Shown here: positions 1 through 9,672 of the stretch, piece after piece
Layout of the letters: each line of letters starts with the position of its first letter
How positions within the stretch are numbered: the stretch's first letter is position 1
NCBI GenBank assembly: GCA_014360895.1
Contig: JACIWQ010000005.1
Location: 1 to 57,423, forward strand
Length of the DNA stretch: 57,423 nt
Direction of reading: 5' to 3'
Source: Thermoflexales bacterium
GTDB taxonomy: Bacteria > Chloroflexota > Anaerolineae > B4-G1 > DUEL01
The notes under the pieces: model-generated
Seen by the model: only the letters and a program-made list of their open reading frames with translations
Told to the model about the DNA's origin: nothing
Database searches by the model: none
Made by a program: the position numbers and the translations under genes

Positions 1-10
1 GACTCTCGGT

Positions 11-58
11 CAGGAGAGGGGAGGGGGTAGCGGCGAAGCCGCTGGGGGTGGGGTGAGG
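11..58. repeat. Right part of a REP-like palindromic element (GGAGAGGGG...GGGGTGAGG) cut by the window edge
   Basis: GGAGAGGGGAGGGGGT-AGCGGC-GAA-GCCGCT-GGGGGTGGGGTGAGG; related to the CCCTCACCCC/GAGGGGAGGGG element at 48207-48346. Confidence 0.5.
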
Positions 59-109
59 AACCGCGCAAATCCCCTGTCCGAACTCACGTCCGAACCTCGG
101 GGATTCCGC

Positions 110-138
110 TTGACGAAAAACCGGAAATCCGGTAAAAT
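110..138 (+). promoter_or_regulatory. Sigma70-type promoter of hppA
   Basis: TTGACG (110-115), 17-bp spacer, TAAAAT (133-138). Confidence 0.65.
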
Positions 139-226
139 CTTTCCGTCCCCCTTTTGAAACGTAAGGTGCAACAGGGGATACTTCCCCCGTTGCACCTTGT
201 GAATTCTATTTCCAACGGAGGCGCCT

Positions 227-2575
227 GTGAAAGAGCTGAGCACCCTGGAACAAGGTATGCTCTACGGCGTCATTGCCACGGCCATCATCGGCCTCCTCTA
301 CGCCCTCTGGCTCTGGCGCGATACGGTGCGCCGGGACAAGGGGAGCCAGAAGATGCAGGATGTATGGCTGGCGATTAAGGTGGGGGCCGAGGCCTATCTG
401 CGACGCCAACTCCGGACCATCCTCCCCATCCTCGGACTGCTGGTCGTCCTCCTCTTCCTCAGCGTCTACGTCATCGCGCCCTCCCGCGAAGCCTACGAAC
501 TCTTCGGCGAGCGGGCCCGCCTGGCCCTGGGGCTGGGACGGGCGGGCGCCTTCATCCTCGGGGCCACCTTTTCCCTGCTGGTGGGCCAGTTGGGGATGCG
601 GGTCGCCATTGAGGGCAACGTCCGGGTGACCGCTGAGGCGGTGCGCGGCAGTTACAACGGCGCACTGACCGTCGCCTACCGGGCCGGCACCTTCACCGGC
701 ATGCTCACCGACGGCCTGGGACTCCTGGGCGGCACCATCATCTTCATGATTTTCGGCCGCGCCGCGCCCGATGCCCTCCTGGGCTTCGGGTTCGGTGGCA
801 CCCTGTTGGCCCTCTTTATGCGGATCGGCGGCGGCATCTACACCAAATCCGCCGACGTCGGGGCCGACCTGGTGGGGAAGGTGGAGGCCGGAGTTCCGGA
901 GGACGACCCCCGCAACGCGGCCGTCGTCGCCGACCTGGTGGGGGATAACGTCGGCGACTGCGCCGGGATGGCCGCCGACATCTTTGAGTCCTACGAGGTC
1001 ACCATCGTCTCCACCCTGATCCTGGGCATCGCCCTGGCCCACGTCACCGGGGAGATTGTCTGGATCGTCTACCCGCTGATTGTGCGGGCCATCGGCGTCA
1101 TCTCCTCCATTCTGGGGACGTTCACCGTGCCCATCTGGGAGCGGTTCCCGCTGAAGTTCCTCCGCGCCCGGGACGCCGAGGAGGCTATGTTCCGCTCCTA
1201 CGAGGTCTCCAGCGTCAACACCGTCCTCTGGTCCTTCCTCTTCGCCTGGTGGTACGCCCACGACTGGCGGCTGGCCCTCCTGAACGCGGTCGGCGTCGGC
1301 CTGGCGGTCAGTTTCAACCCCATCACTTCCTACTTCACCTCGGCCAAGCGCAAGCCCGTACAGGAAATCGTCCAGTCCACCCGCACCGGCTCCGCCACGA
1401 CCGTCCTCTCCGGCCTCTCGGTGGGGATGGAGACCAGCGTCTGGAGCGTGCTGGTCATCTGTATCACGATGGGCATCTCCTTCCTGGTCGCCCGCCTCTT
1501 CCCGCCCGCCAATATCCAGGCGCTGGGTGAGCAGGTCATCCTGCTCTATATGCTCTACGGCGTGGCGATGGTCGGTATCGGCATGCTCTCCCACACCGGG
1601 AACAACGTGGCGATGGACTCCTACGGCCCCATCGCGGATAACGCTAACGGCATCGCCGAGATGGTCGGCGTGGACCCGAAGGCCATGCACATCATGGCCG
1701 AACTGGACGCGGTGGGGAACACGACGAAGGCCATCACCAAGCAGATTGCCATCGCCTCCGCCGTCATCGCGGCCACCAGCCTCTTCTTCTCTTTCGTCAC
1801 CGACGTCTCGCTGGTGCAGGAGCGGCTGGGCGTTCCGGTCCCGCAGTGGCTGCTCTCCACCGGCATCCGGGTCTCCCTGCTGGAGGGGGTCATCGGGTTC
1901 CTGATCGGCGGGGCGCTGCCGTTCTTCTTCTCCGCCTTCGCGCTGCGGGCGGTCAGCCGGGGCGCGTCGCTGGTGGTGGAGGAGGTCCGGCGGCAGTTCC
2001 GCATCCCCGGCGTGATGGAGGGCAAGGTGAAGCCCGACTACGGGAAGGTCGTCGCCATCACCACCGCCGCCGCGCAGAAGGAACTGGTCAGCCTGGTCGT
2101 CCTCTCGGTGACGTTGCCGCTGTTGGTGGGCATCCTCTTCCAGGTGGAGGCACTGGGGGCGTTCCTGGCCGGGGTCATCCTCTCCGGACAGTTGCTGGCA
2201 GTCTTTATGGCCATCGCCGGGGGCGCGATGGACAACGCCAAGAAGTACATTGAGGACGGCCACCTGGGCGGGAAAGGCTCCGAGCCGCATAAAGCCAGCG
2301 TCGTCGGCGACACGGTGGGCGACCCGCTGAAGGATACCGCCGGGCCGGCCCTCAACCCGATGATCAAGGTGGTGAACCTGGTGAGCTTGCTGGCCGCGCC
2401 GCTGCTGGTGCAGTACCGCGACCATCCGGTCCCGCTGGCCGTCGCCGCGGTCATCTTGCTGATCCTGCTGGTCTGGGCCATCGGGCAGAGCCGGCGGAGC
2501 CTGGAGGTGCCCGGCGGCGCGCCGGTGGAAGCCAAAGCGGCGGCCCTTCCGGGCGGTGGGAGCGACGGGGAATAG
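227..2575 (+). CDS. hppA: Membrane-bound H+-translocating pyrophosphatase, K+-independent type
   Basis: GGGIYTKSADVGADLVGKVE, EDDPRN, DNVGD, GNTTKA and GDTVGDPLKD motifs; many TM helices; GGAGG before GTG. Confidence 0.96.
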   Translation: MKELSTLEQGMLYGVIATAIIGLLYALWLWRDTVRRDKGSQKMQDVWLAIKVGAEAYLRRQLRTILPILGLLVVLLFLSVYVIAPSREAYELFGERARLALGLGRAGAFILGATFSLLVGQLGMRVAIEGNVRVTAEAVRGSYNGALTVAYRAGTFTGMLTDGLGLLGGTIIFMIFGRAAPDALLGFGFGGTLLALFMRIGGGIYTKSADVGADLVGKVEAGVPEDDPRNAAVVADLVGDNVGDCAGMAADIFESYEVTIVSTLILGIALAHVTGEIVWIVYPLIVRAIGVISSILGTFTVPIWERFPLKFLRARDAEEAMFRSYEVSSVNTVLWSFLFAWWYAHDWRLALLNAVGVGLAVSFNPITSYFTSAKRKPVQEIVQSTRTGSATTVLSGLSVGMETSVWSVLVICITMGISFLVARLFPPANIQALGEQVILLYMLYGVAMVGIGMLSHTGNNVAMDSYGPIADNANGIAEMVGVDPKAMHIMAELDAVGNTTKAITKQIAIASAVIAATSLFFSFVTDVSLVQERLGVPVPQWLLSTGIRVSLLEGVIGFLIGGALPFFFSAFALRAVSRGASLVVEEVRRQFRIPGVMEGKVKPDYGKVVAITTAAAQKELVSLVVLSVTLPLLVGILFQVEALGAFLAGVILSGQLLAVFMAIAGGAMDNAKKYIEDGHLGGKGSEPHKASVVGDTVGDPLKDTAGPALNPMIKVVNLVSLLAAPLLVQYRDHPVPLAVAAVILLILLVWAIGQSRRSLEVPGGAPVEAKAAALPGGGSDGE

Positions 2576-2592
2576 GCCGTCTGCCCTGCGAA

Positions 2593-4251
2593 TCAGGGGG
2601 AGTGCGGCGGGCGGCTTCGCTGCCCGCCGCACTCCTTTTTCTCTTTCCGGCGACGAGGTCTCCGGTTCACCGCCAGCCCCGCGATGCCTAACCCGCCCAG
2701 CAACGCACCGGCCAGAAAGGCAGAAAGAGGCTCCGGAACCGTCGCCGCCGGCATGGCCGCCGGGGTAGGAGTCGGGGAGGCCGTGGGAGAGGCCGTCGCC
2801 GTGGGAGTCGGAGTGGGCGTAGGGGTCAACGTCGCTGCCGGGATGGGGGTCGGCGTGGGGGTGGGAGTGGGCATCGGGGTGGGGGGCGGGGACGGTACGA
2901 CCTCCGGCACGGCGGATGGCGGGGAGAAAGCAACGGCCCCGGCGCCGTTCTCCTCCACCAGCATCAACGGCATCCCGCCTACCCGGCAGATGTCCCCCCC
3001 GACGCAGCCCGGGAGCGTGAGCAGGTAGTAGCCCCGGTCGGGATGGACAATCCAGGCCTCGCCGCGCGCATTGGCCAGAAGCGCCCGCGTCGTCTGCGCG
3101 GGTAGCATCAGGCTCTGGGTGAGCGGGGTGCGGGCCCAAGCGACCGTCGTCACCTGCGCCCCCCGGTCCACCACCACCACGCTGACGTCGTCCCGCCGCT
3201 CCCACCGGGCAGAGCGGAAGTCCCCCAGATAGGTCACGGCCACCTGAAAGGCCGCGAAGGCCGGGCGAGGAGCGCCGTCTGCGCCGATCAATCCGTACGG
3301 CGCCTCTCCCATCTCATCCACCATCCGGTAGACGGCCATCCGTTCGGCCCCGCCCGCAATCCCCAACGTCAGCGCCTGGATCAGGAAGGCCGCCTGCTCC
3401 TCCGGCAGCAGTCCTTCCTCCCCCTCCTCCGACACCGCGCGACCGACCTCCACCCATATCTTCTTCTGGAGGCCGTACTCCCCCAGCAGGCGACGGTAGA
3501 AAACGGAGAGGTCATAGAGGCTCTCCGGCTGGTCGTAAACTCTCAGCGTCAGGACGTCAAAGTAGAAGCCGCTGGCGCGGGCCTGGGGATCGGTCGCCAG
3601 CGCATCCAAAAGGCGGCGGACGAAGGGGGGATTGCCCTGGAGGACGTCGGGCCAGTGGGATACGGCGCCCAGGTGGACCACGGCGCGGGAGTTGGCCCGC
3701 CGGGCCGCCGTCCAGGCCGCACGCAGGAGTCCGGCGAAGTCCGCCGCCGACCCGCGCCAGTTCTCCGGCCGGTCCGGCCCCTCCCAGACCACCCAGTGGT
3801 CAATCCGACCGGCGTATCGCTGGACCACCGTCCACACGAAGGCCGCCCAGAGATTTTCGGGGTCGTCGGGGGCGTCCTCCAGGCCCCGGGGCAGGCCGGT
3901 GACGGGGTCGGCGGCCCAGGAAGGGACGCCGGTCAGCACGCCCACCACCTGACGGCCCAGGGCAAACTCCAGGGCCAGTTGGTCATCGGAGAGGGGAGGG
4001 TTCCAATCGGCGGGGCCGCCGGGCTGGATGTCGTCCCAGCGGAAAGGGATGACGGTCCAGCTGACTCCCAGGTCGGCGGCGGCCCAGGGGGCCTCATGGG
4101 CCGCGACGACGCCGAAGCGGGGGGCAGGGGCAGTGGCAGTCCCAACCGTCGGCGCCAACAGTCCAATCAGAAAAAATACCGCCGTCAGGAGAGGGAGCAG
4201 CGATCGGGTTTTACCGGGATTTCGCCCTCGCCGGGCCCTGTCTGCGCCCAT
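2593..4251 (-). CDS. Secreted, membrane-anchored glycoside-hydrolase-like (clan GH-A-like) protein with Pro/Thr linker and C-terminal TM anchor
   Basis: Signal-like N-terminus; FRWDDIQP, RYAGRIDHWVVW and KKIWVE motifs; (PT)n linker; hydrophobic helix followed by a basic tail. Confidence 0.7.
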   Translation of the reverse strand: MGADRARRGRNPGKTRSLLPLLTAVFFLIGLLAPTVGTATAPAPRFGVVAAHEAPWAAADLGVSWTVIPFRWDDIQPGGPADWNPPLSDDQLALEFALGRQVVGVLTGVPSWAADPVTGLPRGLEDAPDDPENLWAAFVWTVVQRYAGRIDHWVVWEGPDRPENWRGSAADFAGLLRAAWTAARRANSRAVVHLGAVSHWPDVLQGNPPFVRRLLDALATDPQARASGFYFDVLTLRVYDQPESLYDLSVFYRRLLGEYGLQKKIWVEVGRAVSEEGEEGLLPEEQAAFLIQALTLGIAGGAERMAVYRMVDEMGEAPYGLIGADGAPRPAFAAFQVAVTYLGDFRSARWERRDDVSVVVVDRGAQVTTVAWARTPLTQSLMLPAQTTRALLANARGEAWIVHPDRGYYLLTLPGCVGGDICRVGGMPLMLVEENGAGAVAFSPPSAVPEVVPSPPPTPMPTPTPTPTPIPAATLTPTPTPTPTATASPTASPTPTPAAMPAATVPEPLSAFLAGALLGGLGIAGLAVNRRPRRRKEKKECGGQRSRPPHSP

Positions 4252-4279
4252 AGAAAACCTTAAAATTTTCGCCAGGTAC

Positions 4280-4330
4280 TGGACAAATTAAAAAAAGTGG
4301 TGTATAATGGCACATAGTGGTACGAAGTGG
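4280..4330 (+). promoter_or_regulatory. dcw/mraZ promoter with MraZ-binding direct repeats
   Basis: TGGACA (4280-85), 17-bp spacer, TATAAT (4303-08); AGTGG at 4296, 4316 and 4326 plus AATGG at 4306, on a 10-bp period. Confidence 0.8.
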
Positions 4331-4389
4331 AATGCATTGCCCCATTTTGCCTGGATTTTGCCGCGTCGGTGGGGGAGGAAGTAGAACAA

Positions 4390-4818
4390 ATGTTCCTCGG
4401 CGAGTATATCCACACCATAGACGATAAAGGCCGTCTGGTCGTCCCGGCGAAGTTCCGCAACGCCCTGGCCGGAGGGATGGTCATCACCAAAGGGGTGGAC
4501 CGGTGCCTGGTCATCTACTCTATGGATGCCTGGCAGGCATACCGGGAGCGGATTTCCGCCCTCCCCACGCTGGATCGGGACGCCCGGGACCTGCGGCGGT
4601 TAGTGTTTGCCGGCGCGGTGGACGTCGTGCCCGATACGCAGGGCCGCTTTGTCATCCCCCAATCGCTGCGGGAGTACGCTGGCCTGGATGGACAGGTGGT
4701 CATCGCCGGCTGCGACACGTACATTGAACTCTGGAATCCCGAAGAGTGGGCCAAAGTCCAGGCCCGAATGACCCAGAACGAAGAGAACGCCGGGCGATGG
4801 GCCAATCTGGGGGTATAA
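4390..4818 (+). CDS. mraZ: Division/cell-wall cluster transcriptional repressor MraZ
   Basis: [23 protein letters not shown] and DTQGRFVIP duplicated AbrB-like motifs; first gene of the dcw cluster. Confidence 0.96.
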   Translation: MFLGEYIHTIDDKGRLVVPAKFRNALAGGMVITKGVDRCLVIYSMDAWQAYRERISALPTLDRDARDLRRLVFAGAVDVVPDTQGRFVIPQSLREYAGLDGQVVIAGCDTYIELWNPEEWAKVQARMTQNEENAGRWANLGV

Positions 4819-5774
4819 CCTCCTCTCCTCAGGCGCACCGCCCTTCGCTCCACATCCCCGTTCTTTTACAAGCGGTGCTCTCTTTTTTGCGGGTCCGGCC
4901 CGGCGGCGTCTACATTGACGGGACGGTGGGCGGAGGAGGACACGCGGCGGCGGTCCTGGATGCCTCCGCTCCGGACGGTCGGTTGCTGGGCCTGGACCGG
5001 GACCCGGCGGCATTGGAGGTCGCCCGGGAGCGCCTGGCCCCCTTCGGAGACCGGGCAGTCCTCCGCAGAGGCTCCTTCGCTGATTTGATACGCCTGGCCG
5101 AAGATTTCATCCCGGCCGACGGCGTGCTGCTGGACCTGGGGCTTTCCTCCCTCCAGTTGGCGGACCCCAGCCGGGGGTTTTCGTTCTCCCAGGACGGCCC
5201 GCTGGATATGCGGTTTGATCCCTCTGAGGGGACGACGGCCGCCGACCTGGTCAACACGCTCTCGGCCCGGGAACTGGCAGACTTATTGTACCGATATGGC
5301 GAGGAAAAGCAAGCGCGGCGGATTGCGGAGGCCATCGTCGCCGCCCGTCCCATCTATCGGACCGGCGAACTGGCCGCGCTGATAGAGCGGACGGTGGGGC
5401 GACGGGAACGGATCCACCCCGCCACGCGGACGTTTCAGGCGTTGCGCATCGCGGTCAACCGGGAACTGGAGGCGCTGGAAGCGGCCCTGCCCCAGGCGCT
5501 GGAAGCGCTCCGGCCAGGCGGACGGCTGGTCGTTATCAGTTTCCATTCCCTGGAAGACCGCATCGTCAAACAGTTTCTGCATCGGGAAGCGCGGGATTGC
5601 ATCTGTCCGCCGGAAATTCCGGTCTGCGTCTGCGGGCATCGGGCCCAGGTGCGGGTGCTGACCCCCAAACCGGTCCGGCCCGACGAGGCCGAGGTGGCCG
5701 CCAACCCCCGGGCCCGCTCATCCCGATTGCGGGCAGCAGAGAAGATCATCTGGTCGTCGTCAGGGGTCCAATGA
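4797..5774 (+). CDS. rsmH: 16S rRNA m4C1402 methyltransferase (start approximate)
   Basis: [53 protein letters not shown]. Confidence 0.95.
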   Translation: MGQSGGITSSPQAHRPSLHIPVLLQAVLSFLRVRPGGVYIDGTVGGGGHAAAVLDASAPDGRLLGLDRDPAALEVARERLAPFGDRAVLRRGSFADLIRLAEDFIPADGVLLDLGLSSLQLADPSRGFSFSQDGPLDMRFDPSEGTTAADLVNTLSARELADLLYRYGEEKQARRIAEAIVAARPIYRTGELAALIERTVGRRERIHPATRTFQALRIAVNRELEALEAALPQALEALRPGGRLVVISFHSLEDRIVKQFLHREARDCICPPEIPVCVCGHRAQVRVLTPKPVRPDEAEVAANPRARSSRLRAAEKIIWSSSGVQ

Positions 5775-6151
5775 CAGAGACTCAGCGGGAACCAGAGGAT
5801 GTCCGGTCGTCCGGCAACGACCGTCCTGCCGGCCCTCCCCGGCCCCGTCGGCGCGGGAAGGGCTGGGACTTTGGTTTCCGCAAGGGAGGGGACCTGAACC
5901 GCCAGGGGGCGCTGTTCCTGTTCGGCTTGCTGATGGTCAGTGGGTTGCTGGCATCGCTCTATCTGGGATTGGTCAGTTATACCATCATTCAAGCCCGACA
6001 CGTTCAGGACCTTCGGGAAATGCTCCTCCAAATCCAGGCGATCAATGCGGCCCTGGAAAAGCAAATCGGGGAGAAGCAACAGAATCTGTTCCAGCAAGCC
6101 ATTCAGAGGGGGTTCATCCCCGCCTCCCAGGTGGAAACGGTGGGTCCCTGA
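5771..6151 (+). CDS. ftsL: Putative cell division protein FtsL (short cytoplasmic part, TM helix, coiled coil)
   Basis: Position between rsmH and ftsI; TM helix followed by a heptad-like helix; ATGA overlap with the rsmH stop. Confidence 0.55.
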   Translation: MTETQREPEDVRSSGNDRPAGPPRPRRRGKGWDFGFRKGGDLNRQGALFLFGLLMVSGLLASLYLGLVSYTIIQARHVQDLREMLLQIQAINAALEKQIGEKQQNLFQQAIQRGFIPASQVETVGP

Positions 6152-6153
6152 CC

Positions 6154-7839
6154 ATGCCCGTCCATATCCGCCCCCGGCTGACGCTTCTGATACTCCTGCT
6201 GGCGCCCCTGGCCCTGCTCCTCCTCTGGCGCCTGCTGGACGTCCAGGTCGTTCACGGACTCGCGTATCGCCAGCAGGCCGTTCAGGAACGGACGCACAAC
6301 CTGACGCTGCCCGAACCCCCCCGGGGCTCTATCTCCGATGCCCACGGCTTTCCCCTGGCGGTCAGCGTGCCCCGTTACACCATCTGGGCCAGCCCCGCGT
6401 ACATCAAAGACGCCGGGGCAGTGGCCCAAATCCTGTCTCCGGTCCTCCAGGTTCCCGCCGACACCCTGTCCGCGACGATGGCGTATACATCCCAGGGCGT
6501 GATTCTGGCCCCCTATGCCTCCTGGGAGCAGGGAGAAGTCGTCAAGAAGTTGAAACTGGCCGGAGTCTGGGCAACCCTGCGCTGGCGGCGACAATATCCC
6601 CACCAGACCCTGGCCGCCCACCTGTTGGGCTTCACCGCCTACAGCGGGGAAGGGTTCTACGGACTGGAGGGGTATTACGACCGCGCGCTTCGCCCCCAGA
6701 CCGTAGCCCAGGTCGTGGAAACGGACCCCTCTGGCCTGCGGCCGCTCCCCCATGAGGAAGGCCAAGTGCCCACCCCTCAACGGGGCAACCACCTGGTGCT
6801 GACGCTGGACCTGGCCATGCAGATGGCCGCCGAGGAGGAACTGGCCCGCGCCCTGGCGGAGTATCAGGCAGATAGCGGCCTGGTCATCGTGATGGCCCCC
6901 CAGACGGGGGCCATCCTGGCGATGGCCGTCCAGCCGTCCTTTGACCCGAATCAGTACGAAGTGTACATGGATGAGAGGGGGGAGGAAGTTTTCCTGAACC
7001 CGGCCCTCAGCGCCCAGTACGAGCCCGGCTCCATTTTCAAAATTATCACCCTGGCGGGGGCGCTGGATAGCGGCGCGGTCTCCCCGCAGGATACGTATGT
7101 GGATACCGGACAGACAGAGGTCGGCGGACAGGTCATTACGAACTGGGACGGGAAGGCCTACGGGGAGCAGGACCTGGTCGGCCTGATGGGGCACTCCTTG
7201 AACGTGGGGGCGGCCTGGCTGGCGACCAAGATGGGCCCGGAGACGTTCTACCGCTACGTCCGGGCCTTTGGCTTCGGACAGCCCACCGGGGTGGACCTCC
7301 AGGGAGAGGTGGCCGGGACGGTCCATATGCCGGGGGACCTGGACTGGTACGATTCGTACCTGGGGGCCAATGCCTACGGGCAGGGGATCGCGGTGACGCC
7401 GGTGCAGATGGCGGCGGCGGTGGCGGCGGTCGCCAACGGCGGCCACCTGATGCGGCCCTACGTCGTCGCCCGGCAGATTCGGCCCGACGGGTCGGCCCTG
7501 GAATCCCGTCCCGTCGTCCGGGGGCAGCCCATTTCTCCCGAAACGGCGCGGGCCGTCTCGGAGATTCTGGCCCAGGCAGTGGAGGAGTATATGCCCCAGG
7601 CCGCCGTCCCTGGCTACCGGGTCGCCGGGAAGACGGGCACGGCCCAGATTCCGGTCCCCGGCGGCTACGACCCGCGCGGGACCATCGCGTCCTTCGTGGG
7701 CTACGGGCCGGTGGAGGACCCGCACCTGCTGATTCTGGTGCGGCTGGACCGTCCCCGGACCTCGCCCTGGGCCTCCCAGACCGCCGCCGTCGTCTTCCAG
7801 CGACTGGCGACGCGGCTGTTCCCGATGAGCAGGGATTAA
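6154..7839 (+). CDS. ftsI: Class B penicillin-binding protein (FtsI/PBP2B-like)
   Basis: RGSISD, EPGSIFK (SxxK), SLN (SxN), KTGTAQ. Confidence 0.92.
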   Translation: MPVHIRPRLTLLILLLAPLALLLLWRLLDVQVVHGLAYRQQAVQERTHNLTLPEPPRGSISDAHGFPLAVSVPRYTIWASPAYIKDAGAVAQILSPVLQVPADTLSATMAYTSQGVILAPYASWEQGEVVKKLKLAGVWATLRWRRQYPHQTLAAHLLGFTAYSGEGFYGLEGYYDRALRPQTVAQVVETDPSGLRPLPHEEGQVPTPQRGNHLVLTLDLAMQMAAEEELARALAEYQADSGLVIVMAPQTGAILAMAVQPSFDPNQYEVYMDERGEEVFLNPALSAQYEPGSIFKIITLAGALDSGAVSPQDTYVDTGQTEVGGQVITNWDGKAYGEQDLVGLMGHSLNVGAAWLATKMGPETFYRYVRAFGFGQPTGVDLQGEVAGTVHMPGDLDWYDSYLGANAYGQGIAVTPVQMAAAVAAVANGGHLMRPYVVARQIRPDGSALESRPVVRGQPISPETARAVSEILAQAVEEYMPQAAVPGYRVAGKTGTAQIPVPGGYDPRGTIASFVGYGPVEDPHLLILVRLDRPRTSPWASQTAAVVFQRLATRLFPMSRD

Positions 7840-8112
7840 CCGCAGAGCGCGCAGAGGGCGCAAAGGCAAAAAACTTTCTTCGCGTTCTTTGCGTCCTTTG
7901 CGGTTTCAGAGAGATTCACCGCAGAGCGCGCAGAGGGCGCAAAGGCAAAAAACTTTCTTCGCGTTCTTTGCGTCCTTTGCGGTTTCAGAGAGATTCACCG
8001 CAGAGCGCGCAGAGAAGACTTTTGAGTGTGGGACACTGCTTGCAGTTGTCCCACAAAGAGCGCAAAGGGCGCAGGAGTGATTAAATATTTTTTCTTTGCG
8101 TTCTTTGCGGTT
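7839..8112. repeat. 79-bp tandem duplication of a 9-mer-period hairpin (ACCGCAGAGCGCGCAGAG...CTTTGCGTCCTTTGCGGT) plus a degenerate third copy
   Basis: Units start at 7839, 7918 and 7997; the arms are reverse complements of each other. Confidence 0.9.
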
Positions 8113-8148
8113 CCTGAAGAATTCACTGGGGGTTCCGAGAGGTCGCGA

Positions 8149-9565
8149 GATGTTGACGTTGGCGGATGTAGTAGAAGGGTTGACGGGAGTGCGGCCGTCG
8201 GCGCTGGAGCGGCGGCCGACGGAGGTGGTGGTGGACTCCCGGCTGGTCTCGCGGGACGGGCTCTTCGTCGCGCTGCGGGGGGAGCGGGCCGACGGACACG
8301 ACTACGTCCCGGACGCGCTGGCCCGGGGCGCGGCGATGGCGCTGGTCGCGCGGCCGGTGGCGGCCGACGCACCGGTGGTAGACCTGACCGTCTCCCCGCC
8401 CGCGCTGCCGGAGGATTGGGCCTTCCCCGTCCTACTGAAAGTCCCGGACCCGCTGGAGGCACTGCAGCGGCTGGCCGCCTTCTGGCGTCGCCGTCACTCC
8501 CCGCGCGTGGTCGGTATCACCGGCAGCGTGGGGAAAACGTCCACCAAAGAACTGGTCGCCGACGTCCTCTCCCGCCGGTACCGCACCCTGAAGAGCGAGA
8601 AGTCCTACAACAACGAGATCGGCCTGCCCCTGACCCTGCTCCGGCTGACGCCCGACACCGAGCGGGTGGTGCTGGAGATGGGGATGTACGACGTCGGGGA
8701 GATCGCCCACCTGGCCGAGATCGCGCTCCCGCACGTGGGCGTCGTCACCATTATCGGCCCGGTCCACCTGGAGCGGCTGGGAACAATGGAACGCATCGTC
8801 CAGGCCAAGACGGAACTGGTCCAGGCGCTGCCGCCCGCGCCGGAGGGGGTGGCGATCCTCAACTATGACGACCCCAACGTCCTGGGGATGCGCGCGGCCA
8901 CGAAGGCGCGGGTTTTCACCTACGGCCTCTCCCCCGAAGCCGACCTCTGGGCCGACGGCATTGAGGGGCTGGGCCTGGAGGGGGTCCGCTTCCGGCTCCA
9001 CTACCGGGGCGAGACCCTGCACGTCCGCATCCCGCTCCTGGGGCGGCACTCCGTCCACACCGCGCTGCGGGCGGCGGCCGTGGGCATCGTGGAGGGGCTG
9101 ACCTGGCAGGAGATTCTGGAGGGGATGTCGTCGCCGTCGTCGCAGTTGCGGCTGGTGGCGGTGCCCGGCCCGCGCGGCTCCACCATTCTGGACGACACCT
9201 ACAACGCCAGTCCGCCCTCCATGATGGCCGCGCTGAACCTGCTGGACGAACTGGAGGGGCGGAAGATCGCCGTCCTGGGGGACATGCTGGAACTGGGCGA
9301 CTACGAGCGGGAAGGGCACGAGAAGGTGGGCCTGCGGGCGATGGAGGTGGTGGACATCCTCATTACCGTCGGGCCGAGGGGGCGCATCATCGGCGAGACG
9401 GCCCTTCGCTGGGGCATGCCCGCCGACCGGGTCCACATCCTGGAGGACAACTCATCCGCCGTCCGGCTCCTGGAGGGCCTGGTCCAGCCCGGCGACATCA
9501 TCCTGGTCAAGGGCTCCCGCGCGATGCGGATGGAGGAGATTGTCAACGCCCTGAGCCAGGGGTAG
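8149..9565 (+). CDS. murF: UDP-N-acetylmuramoyl-tripeptide--D-Ala-D-Ala ligase
   Basis: DSR..LFVAL.GE..DGH, GITGSVGKTSTKE, SYNNEIGLP, DDTYNASP, LGDMLELG, KGSR; start taken at MLTLAD (ATG about 8149-8152). Confidence 0.93.
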
Positions 9566-9567
9566 CG

Positions 9568-9672
9568 GGAAGCCGGAAGCCGGAAGTGGGAAGTCGGAAG
9601 TAGGAAGTCGGAAGTAGGAAGTAGGAAGCCGGAAGCACGGAATACGCAATACGCAACACGCAACACGTAACG
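9568..9672 (+). repeat. Heptamer arrays: 10x GGAAGNN then 4x AAYACGY
   Basis: Directly visible; fills the whole murF-mraY spacer. Confidence 0.95.

Noticed and set aside
206-3205. 999-aa minus-strand ORF and other long antisense ORFs (6103-7869, 27906-30212, 33942-36047 and similar)
   Set aside because: Shadow ORFs opposite well-supported genes in high-GC DNA; no recognisable motifs
7839-8014. 79-bp repeats as a CRISPR array or integron attC sites
   Set aside because: The units are identical with no unique spacers and there are no cas genes; the ends only loosely resemble RYYYAAC/GTTRRRY and there is no intact IntI
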